64,000 nt of DNA. It comes from Malacoraja senta. Its lineage: Eukaryota. Made by a program: the position numbers and the translations under genes. The stretch is from positions 62,001-126,000 of the forward strand of contig JAXLNO010000364.1 of the NCBI GenBank assembly GCA_038087875.1, read 5' to 3'. The notes beneath the pieces were generated by a model, which was not told the DNA's origin, did not search any database, and saw nothing but the letters and a program-made list of their open reading frames with translations. Shown in pieces: positions 40,601 to 60,142 of this stretch; position 1 is the stretch's first letter, and each line of letters starts with the position of its first letter.

Positions 40601-42053
40601 CCCAGGGTCTGATGGTCTGCATTCCAGGGTACTCAAGGAGATGGCTCTAGGAATCGTGGACGCCTTGGTGATAATGTTCCAATGTTCTATAGATTATGAA
40701 TCAGTTCTTGTGAAATGGAGGGTAGCTAATGTTATGACACTTTTCAAGAAAGGAGGGAGAGAGAAAGCAGGGCATTATAGACCAGTTAGCCTGACATCTG
40801 TGGTGGGGAAGATGCTGGTGCCGTTTATTGGAGATGTAATAGTGGCGCATTTGGGTAGCAGTACCAGGATCGGTCCAAGTCAGCATGGATTTACGAAGGG
40901 GAAATCATACTTGACAAATCTTCGCAATTTTTTTGGAGGACGTAACAAGTAAAATGGACAAGGGAGAGCCAGTGGATGTAGGGATTAACGGGTCCCTTTC
41001 AGAATGACAGGCCGTGACCAGTGGGGTAACGCAAGGCTCGGAGTTAGGACCGCAGCTATTTACAATGTATATTAATGATTTAGATGAAGGGATTACAAGT
41101 AACATTTGCAAATTTGCAGATGACACAAATCTGGGTGGCAGTGTGAACTGTGAGGAGGATGCTATGAGAATGCAGAGGGACTTGGACAGGTTGGGTGAGT
41201 GGGCAGATGCACAGCAGATGCAGTTTAATGTATATAAATGTGAGGTTATCCACTTTGGTAGGAAAAACCAGAAGGCAGATTATTATCTAACTGATGTCAA
41301 GTTGGGAAAGGGGGAAGTACAACGGGATATCGGGGTCCTTGTTCATCAGTCAATGAAAGTAAGCATGCCATGCAGGTACAGCAGGCAGTGAAGAAAGCGA
41401 ATGGCATGTTGGCATTGATACCAAGATATTTGAGTACAGGAGCAAAGAGGTCCTTCTACAGTTGTACAGGGCCTGGTGAGACCACACCTTTGTATTGTGT
41501 GCAGTTTTGGTATGCTAATTTGAGGAAGGATATTCTTGCTTTTGAGGGAGAAAGCGTAGGTTCACGACGTTAATACCCGGGATGGCGGGACTGTCATCTG
41601 ATGAAAGAATGGATCGATTGGCTTGTATTCACTGGAATTTAGAAGATGAGAGGATGTCTTATAGAAAAATACAACATATTTAAGTGATTGGACACGTTAG
41701 ATGCAGGAAACATGTTTCCGATGTCAGGCGACTTCAAAACCAGGGGCCACAGTTTAAGATTAAGGGGTAGGCCATTTAGGACTGAGATGAGTAAAAATAT
41801 TTTTCACAGAGAGCTGTGAATTTGTGGAATTCTCTGCCTCTGAAGGCAGTGGAGGCCGATTCACTGGATGCATTCAACAGAGAGTTAGATAGAGCTCTTA
41901 GGGCTAGCGGAATCAAGGGGTATCGGGAGAAGGCAGGAACAGGGTAATGATTGTGGATGATCAGCCATGAATACATTGAATGGCGGAGTAGGCTCAAAGG
42001 GCCGGAAAGCCTACTCCGGAACATATTGTCTATGTATCTATGTATCTATGTAT
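37652..42053 (+). mobile_element. Near full-length decayed CR1 LINE, unit 3
   Basis: ORF1 Cys finger (VECVSCRMWEV..YTCRNCVQV) plus SGNH-esterase remnant (VSDSIVRG), APE, RT (YINDLDEG, KFADDT), and a (TCTATGTA)n tail. Confidence 0.92.
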
Positions 42054-44274
42054 ATACTTCTACCGATGCGTCAATGTGCCATTCCAGTTTCGAGGACACG
42101 AATATATAAAAGCAATGGTGTAATGCTGAGGCCTCACGAGGCGCTGGTGAGGCCACGCTTGGAATATTGTAAGCGGCTATGGGCCTCATCTCTAAGGATG
42201 GGTGCGCAAGCGTGGATAGGCCCAGAGGACGCTTAGTGTAATGGTCCCGGTTATGATTGGATAAACGTGTGAGGATAGTTTGATGTTACTAGGCCTGTAC
42301 TCGATGGAGTTTAGCAGAATGAAGGGAGACTTCATTGAAACACACAGATTAGTGAATGGCTTGGATAGAGTGTGTGTGGGGAGGATGTTTCTACCAGTAG
42401 AGAGCCTAGCACGAGAGGGCATAGCCGCAGAATTCGACGTTCTTTTAGAAAGGAGATGAGGAGAAATTTCTTTAGTCAGAGGATGGTGAATCTGTGGGAT
42501 TCTTTGCTGCAGAACGCAGTGCAGGCCAAGTCAGGGGATATTTTTAAGGCAGAGATGGATAGATTCTTGATTATTACAGGTGTCAGAGATTATGGTGAGA
42601 AGGCAGAAGAATGCGGTTAGGAGGGAGAAACATATCAACTGCACTTTGCCCTCCCTCACGTTAAATATATCCTCTCTAATAATTGACCTGTCTATCGAGG
42701 GGCGGGGCGGGAGGGGTGGGGGGTAGGAAATGAATGTCTGTCCGATCTGTGCCTCTCATAGTGTCATTTTGATTGTTTTTAAGATACAGAATGGAAACCG
42801 GCCCTTCCGGTCACCACACGACGACCATCTGTCATGCGCTCAAACGCCAGTTCTACGTTATACCCACTTTCCGTTCGCTCCCTACACACTAGAGACAATT
42901 TATGGAGGCCAATTGACCTACAATCCCAAAGCACCCTGAAATATAGAAGCATCACGAGGCCATTTCGCCCATCAAGTTCGCTCCGCCATCCGCCACTCCA
43001 AAGACGTAGAGGTGTGTATGTTAATTTGCTTGGTGTAAATGAAAATTATCCCTCGTGTGTGTATGATAGCGGTAGTGTGCGGGGATCGCTGATTGAACCT
43101 TCCGAACCATCTGAATTTTGTAGTCGGCAGGGCAGTACTCTGCATATCGCCAACTTCGACAATTTTACATTTTTATCAAGCCAATTAATCAAGTCAATTA
43201 ACCTACAAACCTGTATATCTTGGAGTGTGGCAGGAAACCGAAGATCTCCGAGAAAACCCACGCAGATCACGGGGAGAACGTACAAAATCCATACAAACAG
43301 CACCCGTATTCGGGATCGAACCCGGGGCTCTGGCGTTGCATTTTGCTGCACCGCTGTGCCACCGTGACTGCAAAGACGTACGAGTTTGCAGGGAAATCGG
43401 CTTCGTATAAATGTAAATTATTCTCAGACTGAGTAGGATAGTGTTAGATGCGGACTCGCTGGGCTGATGGGCCTGTTTCCGCGCTGCATCTCTAAACTGA
43501 ACCAAATTTAAAAGTAAAATAGAGCATCAGAATCAGTTTCGATGTTCCGCATTAAAAATTATCTGTCGCTCTCTCATGGAATTGTTTTCTCTCGCTGGAG
43601 AAAGGGGCTACATGACAGACAGAGATGTTGGGTGGGGGACGAGTGTTGCTCTCTGGATTGATGCAGATTTTCACAGCCGCAGTCCGAAATTACATTGCGG
43701 ATGTTTCCTCCAGTCAGGCTAGATTTTTGAATTTGAGGAATAAAAATTAATATACCAGTAAGATAGACAAACAATTCTGGCGTAACTCAGATGTCCAGGT
43801 AGCATCTCTGGAGTAAAGGAATAGGTGAAGTTTCGGGTCGAGACCCTTCTTAATAACCACCAGTAGTCAGATTCGATCCCGTGTCTCTGGAGCTGTAAAG
43901 CATCAGCAGCACCGCTGCGCCGCCGAGGTCGTTTCCTCTTTTCTTATTGTCTGAATTTACCATCCAAACTTCAGGAAACCTGCCATCCTCGTCCTTCATG
44001 TTCTGTGGAACACGCCGGAACTGAAAGCCCACCACCTCGTCTTTAACCGACTCCGACACGTAGGATGAGGACTTACCTAAGAACAGCTGCTCCCAAATTA
44101 CTCTCCCCACTTTCTACCAAACGCAGATATTTTTATTTTCCATTCACCGATATCTCAAATTAATCGACAAAACAATGTCCTTAAAATAATTTTATTATCA
44201 ATACTATAATATCTATCAATATAATCTATTTAATCTGTATTAAATTAAACTTTTAATTAATAAATTAATTTATT

Positions 44275-47324
<3,050 letters not shown>

Positions 47325-47375
47325 GTTGCTCCGCTCGCGTGGTTCTCGAGACTGTGACGCGCCGCGCCGCTCCGG

Positions 47376-47555
47376 TATTTATACGGCCCCCGGGATAGAA
47401 GGCTGGCATTCGGTAAACGCGCGCCGATTGGTCAATGAGAACAATGACCTTGGTTGCCACAGGAAACAAACATAGAAGGTTCCAAGGCGCTCATTGCTGA
47501 TTAATCCACAGTGTGAGACGAAGAACAATGGACCTTCAGTTACGCAATCCATTGT
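47376..47555 (-). promoter_or_regulatory. Promoter, copy 4
   Basis: TATAAATA 47376-47383; X-box-like 47453-47467; CRE-like motif altered to TTACGCAA. Confidence 0.65.
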
Positions 47556-50264
47556 CTGCCTTCACCTCCCAGATTCCAATCTATCAATTACCGCTGGAAA
47601 TAAAAGGATCTGACCACATCCCTCCAAATGATACCTAGCGCCAACTATTTGACTTATTAAGCCCATGCAATCAATTTAGCCAACAGTGGAAAAATTGCTG
47701 TAGGTCACAGCGGATGTGACGTTAATCCCACGCATCTCTCCATTAATCACTTCATAATCCGGGATCTCCGGTCTATCAGCGCAATGCCTAAGATCAATTA
47801 TTATTAATTTATTACCATCACGTGTGCTGCAAAAAAAAATGTCAGTCGTACTATATAGGCAGATCACATCACTCCTCAGTATATCTGATATTGCAACACG
47901 AAAAAAATGAGCAACGTGCAGAGTAAAGTGTTACATCTAGAGAATAAAAATAACATTTTTATTTTCAAGTATGAGGACCACAGGAAGGTAGCACATGAGA
48001 GGTCTGCTGGGACAAACTGTCCCTAAATCAGGTGGTACGTTCTTTCATGCTTTGGTAAACGCTGTCCAACAGAAGTGGAGAGAAGAGTGAATGACCGTGG
48101 CTTAAGGTATGGAGGGGGTGGGGTGTGGGAGTGGCCCGTGATTGTGACGATGTCATGCAATTAGATTCCAAATGATAAATCACTGATTAATAAAGTGCCA
48201 TTGAACATATTGATTGATTGAAAGATGTACTCTACAAATTTGATGACGTGCAGTCCATCAGAACCACAGCAATCTCCAATTTCGTTATGATGAATCAAAA
48301 AAGATATCACATTGATGGCTTTATAGAGTTATAGAGTGATAGAGCGTAGAAACAGGCCCTTCGCTTCAACTTCCCACACCGACCAACATGTCCCACCTGC
48401 CTGCCCTTGGACCATATCCATCCAAACGAGTCCCATCAATCTACCTTGTTAACTGTTCCTTATACGTTCGGATAATCCCAGCCTCAACTACCCCCTCTAG
48501 CAGCTTGTTCCATGTAACCACCACCCTTTGTTTGAAAAGGTTACCGCTCAAATTCCTATTAAATCTTTACCCCTTCACCTTGAATCTATTGGTCCTCGGT
48601 GCCCCTATTCTGGGCAAGAAATTCTGTGCATCCTCTCATGATTTGTAACACCTCTATACGATCACCCTTCATCCTCCTGCGCTCCAAGGAATAGCGACCC
48701 AGCCTCCTCAACCTCTCCCATCAGCTCAGACCCCCTAGTCCTGGCAGCTTCCGCGTAAACCTTCACTGATTGGCTGCCAGAGACTAGGGGTCGGTGCTGT
48801 AGCCGCTGCTCGTCACGTTGTATATCAATGATTTGGATGAGAGAACTGAATTCTTGGTGGGAAGTTTGGTGATGCTGCGAAGGTAGGTGGAGGGGCAGAT
48901 AGTGTGGAGTAAGCAGCGACTCTCCCGAAGGATTCGGGCATGTTTTGAAAGTAGACAAAGAAATGGCAGATGGAATACAGCGCAGCAAAATGCGGAGACA
49001 GGCATTTTGATACTAGGAATCAATCGAAGACTATTTTCTAAATGAGGAGAGAATTCAGACATCTGAGGTGCAAAGGGACTCGGGAATACTGATACAGGAT
49101 TCCCCAAAACGTAATTTGCAAGTCGAATTGAAAGTAAGGCAGGAAAATGCAATACAAGCATTTATTTGGGGAGGACAAGAATATAAAAAAACGTATGTAA
49201 TATTGAGGCATGAAAAGGCACCGGTGAGCGCATTTGCGGTATTGTGACCAATTTGGGGCCCCATTTCTAAGGATTGATGTGCTGGCGTTGGAAAGGATAC
49301 GGAGGATGATTATGAGAATGATCCCAGCACCGATTTGGGTTGACGTACGATAGACGTTTTACGACACTGTGCCTGTACTCGCTGGAGTGCAGAAGGAAGA
49401 GGGGAGAACCTGATTGAAACAAATGGGTTGCAGAGGCTATCGCGTGAAGGCACGGGAATGGAGCTGATCGGGGAAGAATGATCACCCTCGATTAAATGGC
49501 GGAGTAAGCAAGAGTCATAGAGTGATAGTGTATGGAAACAGGCCCTTCGGCCAAACTTGCATTTACCGGCCAACATGTCCCAGTTACCCCAGTCCCACCT
49601 GCGTGTGTTTGGTCCATATCCGTCCAAACCTCTCCTATCCATGTAGCTGTCTAACTATTTCTTGAACGTTGGAATAGTACCAGCATCAACTAGCTCCTCT
49701 GGCAGCTTGTACCATACACCTACCAGCCTTTGTGTGAAAACGTTAGCCTTCAGATTGTTTTTGAATATTTTCCCCTTCGCCTTGTACTTTTGTCCTCTGG
49801 TCCTCGATTCCCCTACATTGGGCAAGAGATTCTGCGCATCTATCCGATTTATTTCTCTCGTGAATGTATGCAACTCTAGAAGATCATCCCTCATCCTCCT
49901 GTGCTCCAAGGAATAGAGACCCAGCCTACTCAACCTCTCCCGATAGCTCAGACCCTCTAGTCCTGGCAACATTCTCGTAAATGCAATAGTACAATTCATT
50001 TAGACTTTAGACCTTTCACTTTAAACTTGAGTGATATTTCGCGGAAACAGCCCCTTCGTCAATCAGCGATCACCACGTGCACTGGCACACTCCTAAACAC
50101 TTGGGACAATTTACAACTTTACCGAAGCCAAACCTGTACGTCTTTGGAGTGTGGGAGAAACCCGGACCACCGAGGAAAACCCACAGGGAGAACATACAAA
50201 CTCCGTACAAACAGCATCCGGAGTCCCGACCGAACCTGGGTCTCTGGCGCTGTAAGGCAACAAC

Positions 50265-53200
50265 CTTCAAGGTCGACAGGTGAAGCGGCGAGTGCGGAGG
50301 ATTGGCTGAGGGTAAGGTTAGAGAGTAAGGTCAGGTGAAAGAGGAACCGGTTTGAGAGAGGAGGTGAATACCGAATTAAATGTGTTACCGCGAACTATAA
50401 GAAATAAAGTGGATGAGCTTGAGGTAAAGTTCAAAATTGGTGAGTATGATGTTGTGGGAATTACAGGCAAGCGGATCAGAACTGGGAACTGAATATTCAG
50501 GGGTATACGTCCTATTGAAAATAAAGCCAGATGGGCAGAGGGGATGCGGTGGCCCTCGTTGGTAAGGCATGAAATTCAGGCACTTGGGAGTGGAGACATA
50601 GAGTCAGAAGACGTTGAGTCATTGTGGATGTAACTGAGAAATTGAACAGTAGAAAGACCCTAGTCCGTGTTATCTACAGGCCCCCAAACAGTAGCCTGGA
50701 GATAGGGTGCAAGTTGCATCAGGAGTTAAAATTAACATATAACAAAGTTAATGCTACGGTGTTTATGGGAGATTTCATCATGCAGGTGGACTAGGAAAAT
50801 CACATAGGTACTAGACCCCAAGAAACGGACTTTGTAGTGTGTTTCCGAGATGGATTCTTAGAGCAGCTTGTACTGGAGCCTACCAGGTAGCAGGAAAAAC
50901 TGGATTTAATGTTATGTAATGAACCGGAATTGATAAGTGACCTCAAGGTAAAGGAACCATTAGGAGGTAGTGGCCATAGTATGATAAGTTTCAAATTGCA
51001 ATTTGTGATATCGGAATTTGTAATATCGGAAGTGTCAGTATTCGAGTTGAACAAAGAGGACTATTGAGGGAGGAGCTTGCCATAGTTCACTGGAAAGGGA
51101 CCCAAGAAGGGATGACCGTGGAACAGCAATGGCAGGTATATCTGAGAATAATCCAGAAGATGCAGGATCAATTCATTCCAAAGAGGAAGAAAGATTCTAA
51201 TGGGAGTAAGAGGCGACCGTGGCTGACAAGCGAAATCATGGGGTTGGAGATTGCAGCCTTCACGTGGTCCACCGTGTTTCGACTAATGCAATCAACCCGA
51301 CGTGCACAAACAAGATCAAATAGAACAAGTTGGCCTACAACTTTAGGCTGTGCACGCCATACGCAAGAAGAAGAAGGGAAGTCAAGGACAGTATAAACAT
51401 AAAAGAGAAGACGTATAACTCAATTCTGATTTGAGAATCAAGGGACAAACGTTTAGAGGCAACATGAGGGGGAACTTCTTTACTCAGAGAGTGGTACCTG
51501 TGTGGAATGTGTTTCCAGTGGAAGTGGTGAATGCAGGTTCGTTTTTATCATTTAAAAATAAATTGGGAAGGTATATGGACGGGAAAGGAATATAGGGTTA
51601 TGGTCTGTGTGCTTGTAGAGGGGACTCGGTGAGAGTAAGTGTTCGGGACGGACTAGAAGGGCCGAGATGGCATGTTTCCGTGCTGTAATTGTTATATTGT
51701 TATATGGTTATAACATAGCAAATATGAGCGGGAAGCCAGAGGATTGGGAAACTATTTAAAAAACAACATAAAGTAACTAAAAACCTTCCATCGGTAGATG
51801 AAGAAGGAAAAAAAATTAAGACAAATGTGGATCCCTTGAAGACAGAAACAGGTGGATTTATTATGGGGAACAATGAAAAGGGAAACGAGATGAACAGGTA
51901 CTTTGGTTCAGTCTTCTCTACGGAAGTCAGAAACAATCTCTCAGATGTACTGGGGGACAGAGGACCTAGGTGATGGAGGAACTGAAGGAAATTCACGTTA
52001 GTCATGAAATGGTGTTGGGTTCACTGGTGGGACTGAAGGCTCATACATCCCCAGGGTCTGATGGTCTGCATTCCAGGGTACTCAAGGAGTTGGGTCTAGA
52101 AATCGTGGACGCCTTGGTGATAATGTTCCAGTGTTCTATAAATTATGAATCAGTTCCTGTGAATTGGAGGGCAGCTAATGTTATCACACTTTTCAAGAAA
52201 GGAGGGAGAGAGAAAGCAGGGCATTATAGACCAGTTAGCCTGACATCAGTGGTGGGGACGATGCTGGAGCCGTTTATTGGGGATTTAAGAATGGCGCATT
52301 TGGGTAGCAGTACCAGGATCGGTCCAAGTCAGCATGGATTTACGAAGGGGAAATGATACTTGACAAATCTTCGGGAATGTTTTTGAGGACGTAACAAGTA
52401 AAATGGACAAGGGAGAGCCAGTGGATGTAGGGATTAACGGGTCCCTTTCAGAATGGCAGGCAGTGACCAGTGGGGTAACGCAAGGTTCGGTGTTGGGACC
52501 GCAGCTATTTACAACGCATATTAATGATTTAGATGAAGGGATTACAAGTAACATTTGCAAATTTGAAGATGACACAAATCTGGGTGGAAGTGTGAACTGT
52601 GAGGAGGATGCTATGAGAATGCAGGGTGACTTGGACAGGTCGGGTGAGTGGGCAGATACACGGGAGTTTAATGTGGATAATGTGAGGTTATACACTTTAG
52701 TAGAAAAAACGAGAATGCAGATTATTATCTAAATGATGTCAAGTTGGGAAAGCGGGAAGTACAACGGGATCTCGGGGTCCTTGTTCATCAGTCAATGAAA
52801 GTAAGTTTGCCATGCAGGTACAGCAGCCAGTGAAGAAAGCGAATGGCGTGTTGATCTTGATAACAATAGAATTGAGTACAGGAGCAAAGAGGTCCTTCTA
52901 CAGTTGTACAGGGCCCTGGTGAGACCACACCTTTGTATTGTGTGCAATTTTAGTATCCCAATTTGAGGAAGGATATTCTAGCTTTTGAGGGAGTGCAGCG
53001 TAGGTTCACGACGTTAATACCCGGGATGGCGGGGCTGCCATCTGATGAAAGAATGGAACGACTGGGCTTGATTTCACTGGAATTTAGAAGGATGAGAGGG
53101 ATCTTGTAGAAACATACAACATATTTAAGAGATTGGACACGCTAGATGCAGGAAACATGTTTCCGATGTCAGGGGACTTCAAAACCAGGGGCCACAGTTT

Positions 53201-53310
53201 AAGAATAAGGGGTAGGCCATTTAGGACTGAGATGAGTAAAACAAAATTTCACACAGAGAGTTGCGAAATTGTGGAATCCTCTGCCTCTGAAGGCAGTGGA
53301 GGCCGATTCA
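50265..53310 (+). mobile_element. Decayed CR1 LINE, unit 4 (large 5' and 3' deletions)
   Basis: APE/RT remnants (TSGVTQGSVLGPQLF, KFEDDT). ORF1 is deleted at ~50309. The 3' tail is deleted and fused to the next CR1 fragment at 53310. Confidence 0.88.
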
Positions 53311-55313
53311 TATGATTGGGTAAACGTGTGAGGATAGTTTGATGTTACTAGGCCTGTACTCGCTGGAGTTTAGCAGAATGAAGGGAGACTTCATTGAAAC
53401 ACACAGAATAGTGAATGGCTTGGATAGAGTGTGTGTGGGGAGGATGTTTCTACTAGTGGAGAGCCTAGCACGGGAGGGCATTGCCTCAGAATTCGACGTT
53501 CTTTTAGTAAGGAGATGAGGAGACATTTCTTTAGTCAGAGGATAGTGAATCTGTGGATTTTTTTGCTGCAGAGATGGATAGATTCTTGATTATTACAGGT
53601 GTCAGAGATTATGGTGAGAAGGCAGAAGAATGGGGTGAGCACGGAGAAACTTATCAACTACACTTTGCCCCCCTCACGTTAAATCTATCATCTCTAATAA
53701 TTGACCTGTCTATCGTGGGGCGGGGCTGGAGGGGGGGGGGTAGATAACGAATGTCCGCCCAATCTGTGCCTCCCATAGTGTCATTTTGATTGGTTGAGAG
53801 ATACAGAATGGAAACCGGCCCATTCGCCCACCCCACGCCGACCATTTCTCATGCGATCACACGCCAGTTCTACCTTATACCCACTTTCCGTTCGCTCCCT
53901 ACACACTAGTGACAATTTATGGAGGCCAATTGACCTACAATCCCAAAGCACCCTGAAATATAGAAGCATCACGAGGCCATTTCGCCCATCAAGTTCGCTC
54001 CGCCATCCGCCACTCCAAAGACGTAGAGGTGTGTATGTTAATTTGCTTGGTGTAAATGAAAATTGTCCCTCGTGTGTGTATGATAGCGGTAGTGTGCGGG
54101 GATCGCTGATTGAACCTTCTGAACCTTCTGAATTTTGTAGTCGGCAGGGCAGTACTCTGCATATCACCAACTTGGACAATTTTACATTTTTATCAAGCCA
54201 ATTAATCAAGCCAATTAACCTACAAACCTGTACATCTTTGGAGTGTGGCAGGAAACCGAAGATCTCGGAGAAAACCTACGCAGATCACGGGGAGAACGTA
54301 CAAACTCCAGGTCTCTGGCGTTGCATTTTGCTGCACCGCTGTGCCACCGTGACTGCAAAGACGTACGAGTTTGCAGGGAAATCGGCTTGGTATAAATGTA
54401 AATTATTCTCAGTCGAGTAGGATCGTGTTAGCGTGCGGGGGATCGCTGGTAGATGCGGACTCGCTGGGCTGATGGGCCTGTTTCCGCGCTGCATCTATAA
54501 ACTGAACCAAACTTTGAAAGTAAAATAGAGCATCAGAATCAGTTTCGTTGGTCCGCTTTAAAAATTATCTGTTGCTCTCGCATGGAATTGTTTTCTCTCG
54601 CTGGAGAAAGGTGCTACAGGAGAGATAGAGATGTTGGGTGCGGGGGGTGGGGGTGGGGGAGGGGAGGGGAGGAGGAGTGTTGCTTTCTGGATTGATACAG
54701 ATTGTCACAGCAGTAGTCCGAAGTGACATTGCGGATGTTTCCTTCAGTCAGGCTAGATTTCTGAATTTGAGAAATAAAAATCAATATACCAGTAAGATAG
54801 ACAGACACACAATGCTGGCGTAACTCAGATGGCCAGGTAGCATCTCTGGAGTAAAGGAATGGGTGAAGTTTCGGGTCGAGACTCTTCTTAATAAGCACCA
54901 GTAGTCAGAATCGAACTCGTGTTTCTGGAGCTGTAAAGCATCAGCTGCACCGCTGCGCCGCCGAGGTCGTTTCCTCTTTTCTTATTGACTGAATTTACCA
55001 TCCAAACGTCAGGAAGTCTGCCATCCGCGACCTTCATGTTCTGTGGAACACGCCGGAACTGAAATCCCACCACCTCGTCTTTAGCCGACTCCTACACGTA
55101 GGATGAGGACTTACCTAAGAACAGCTGCTCCCAAATTACTCTCCCACTTTCTGCCTAACACTGATATTTTTATTTTCCATTCTCCGATTTCTCAAATTAA
55201 TCGACAAAACAATCAGTCCTTAAAATAATTTTATTATCAATAGTATAATATCTATCAATATAATCTATTAAATCTATATTAAATTAAACTTTTAATTACT
55301 AAATTAATTAATG

Positions 55314-58165
<2,852 letters not shown>

Positions 58166-58216
58166 GTTGCTCCGCTCGCGTGGTTCTCGAGACTATGACG
58201 CGCGGCGCCGCTCCGG

Positions 58217-58396
58217 TATTTATACGACCCCCGGGATAGAACGGTGGCATTCGGTAAACGCGCGCCGATTGGTCAATGAGAACAATGACCTTGGTTGCCA
58301 CAGGAAACAAACATAGAAGGTTCCAAGGCGCTCATTGCTGAATAATCCACAGTGTGAGACGTAGAACAATGGACCTTCAGTGACGCAATCCATTGT
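58217..58396 (-). promoter_or_regulatory. Promoter, copy 5
   Basis: TATAAATA 58217-58224; X-box-like 58294-58308. 58256-58425 is identical to 2956-3125. Confidence 0.65.
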
Positions 58397-59467
58397 CTGC
58401 CTTCACCTCCCAGATTCCAATCTATTAATTACCGCTTGAAATAAAAGGATCTGACCACATGCCTCAAAATGATACCTAGCGCCAACTATTTGACTTCCTC
58501 ACCCCATGCAATCAATTTAGCCACTTTACCAGTGGAAAAATTGCTGTAGATCACAGCGAATGTGATGTTAATCCCACGCATCTCTGCATTAATCACTTCA
58601 TAATCCGGGATATCCGGTCTATCATCGCAATGCCTAACATCAATTATTATTGATTTATTACCATCACGTGTGCTGCAAAAAAATGTCAGGCGTACTATAT
58701 GGGCAGATCACATCACTCCTCATTATATCTGATAGTGCAACACGAAAAAAATGAGCAACGTGCGGAGTACAATGTTACATCTAGAGAATAAAATAACATT
58801 TTTATTTTTAAGTATGAGGACCACAGGAAGGTAGCACATGAGAGGCCTGCTGGGACAAGCTGTTCCTGAATCAGGTGGTACGTTCTTTCATGCTTTGGTA
58901 CACGCTGTCCAACAGAAGTGGAGAGAAGAGTGAATGACCGGGGCTTAAGGTATGGAGGGGGTGGGGTGTGGGAGTGGCCCTTGATTGTGACGATGTCATG
59001 CAATTAGATTCCAAATGATCATTCACTGATTAATAAAGTGCCATTGAACATCTTGATTGATTGAAAGATGTACTGAACAAATATGATGACGTGCAGCCCA
59101 TCTGAACCGCAGCAATCTCCAATTCCGTAAGGATGAATCACAAGGATATCACATTGATGGCTTTATGGAGTCATAGAGTGATAGAGTGTAGAAACAGGCC
59201 GTTCGGCTCCACTTCCCACACCGGCCAACATGTCCCACCTGCCTGCCCTTGGACCATATCCATCCAAACGTGTCCCATCACTGTACCTGTTTAACTGTTC
59301 CTTATACGTTCGGAGAGTCCCAGCCGCAACTGCCCGCTATAGCAGTTTGTTCCATGCAACCACCACACTTTGTTTGAAATGGTTACCGCTCAAATTCCTA
59401 TTAAATCTTTACCGCTTCACCTTGAATCTATTGGTCCTCGATGGCCCTACACTGGGCAAGATATTAT

Positions 59468-60142
59468 AACCATATAACCATATAACAATTACAGCATGGA
59501 AACAGGCCAACTCGGCCCTTCAAGTCCATGCCGAACACTCTTTCTCCCCTAGTCCCATCTACCTGCACTCAGACCATAACCCTCCATTCCTTTCTCGTCC
59601 ATATACCCATCCAATCTATTTTTAAATGATAAAATCGAACCTGCCTCCACCACTTCCACTGGAAGCTCATTCCACACAGCTACCACTCTCTGAGTATAGA
59701 AGCTCCCCCTAATGTTACCCTAAACTTCTGTCCCTTAATTCTCAAGTCATGTCCTCTTGTTTGAATCTTCCCTACTCTCAATGGGAAAAGCTTATCCACG
59801 TCAACTCTGTCTATCCCTCTCATCATTTAAAAAACCTCTATCAAGTCCATCTGCCATCTTTCAGCCCACTCTTCCAGAATGGCCTAAATCTCTCTGTAGA
59901 CTTTGAAAATCTACTTCATTATCCACAACGCCACCTTTTAGTGTCATCTGCATATTTACTAATCCAATTTTCCACACCATCATCAGATCATTGATGTACA
60001 TGACAAACAACAGTGGACCCAACACAGACACCTGAGGCACCCCACTAGTCACCGACCTCCAACCTGACATACAGCCAGCCACCATTACTCTCTGGCATCT
60101 CCCATTCAGCCACTGTTGAATCCAGCAGCCACTGTTGAATCC
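59468..60142 (-). mobile_element. CR1 3' fragment with (TATGGTTA)n tail, unique to unit 5
   Basis: TSD ATTAT (59463-59467, 60143-60147). RT remnant VTSGVPQVSVLGPLLFVMYINDL. Same tail family as 8671-8963. Confidence 0.82.
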
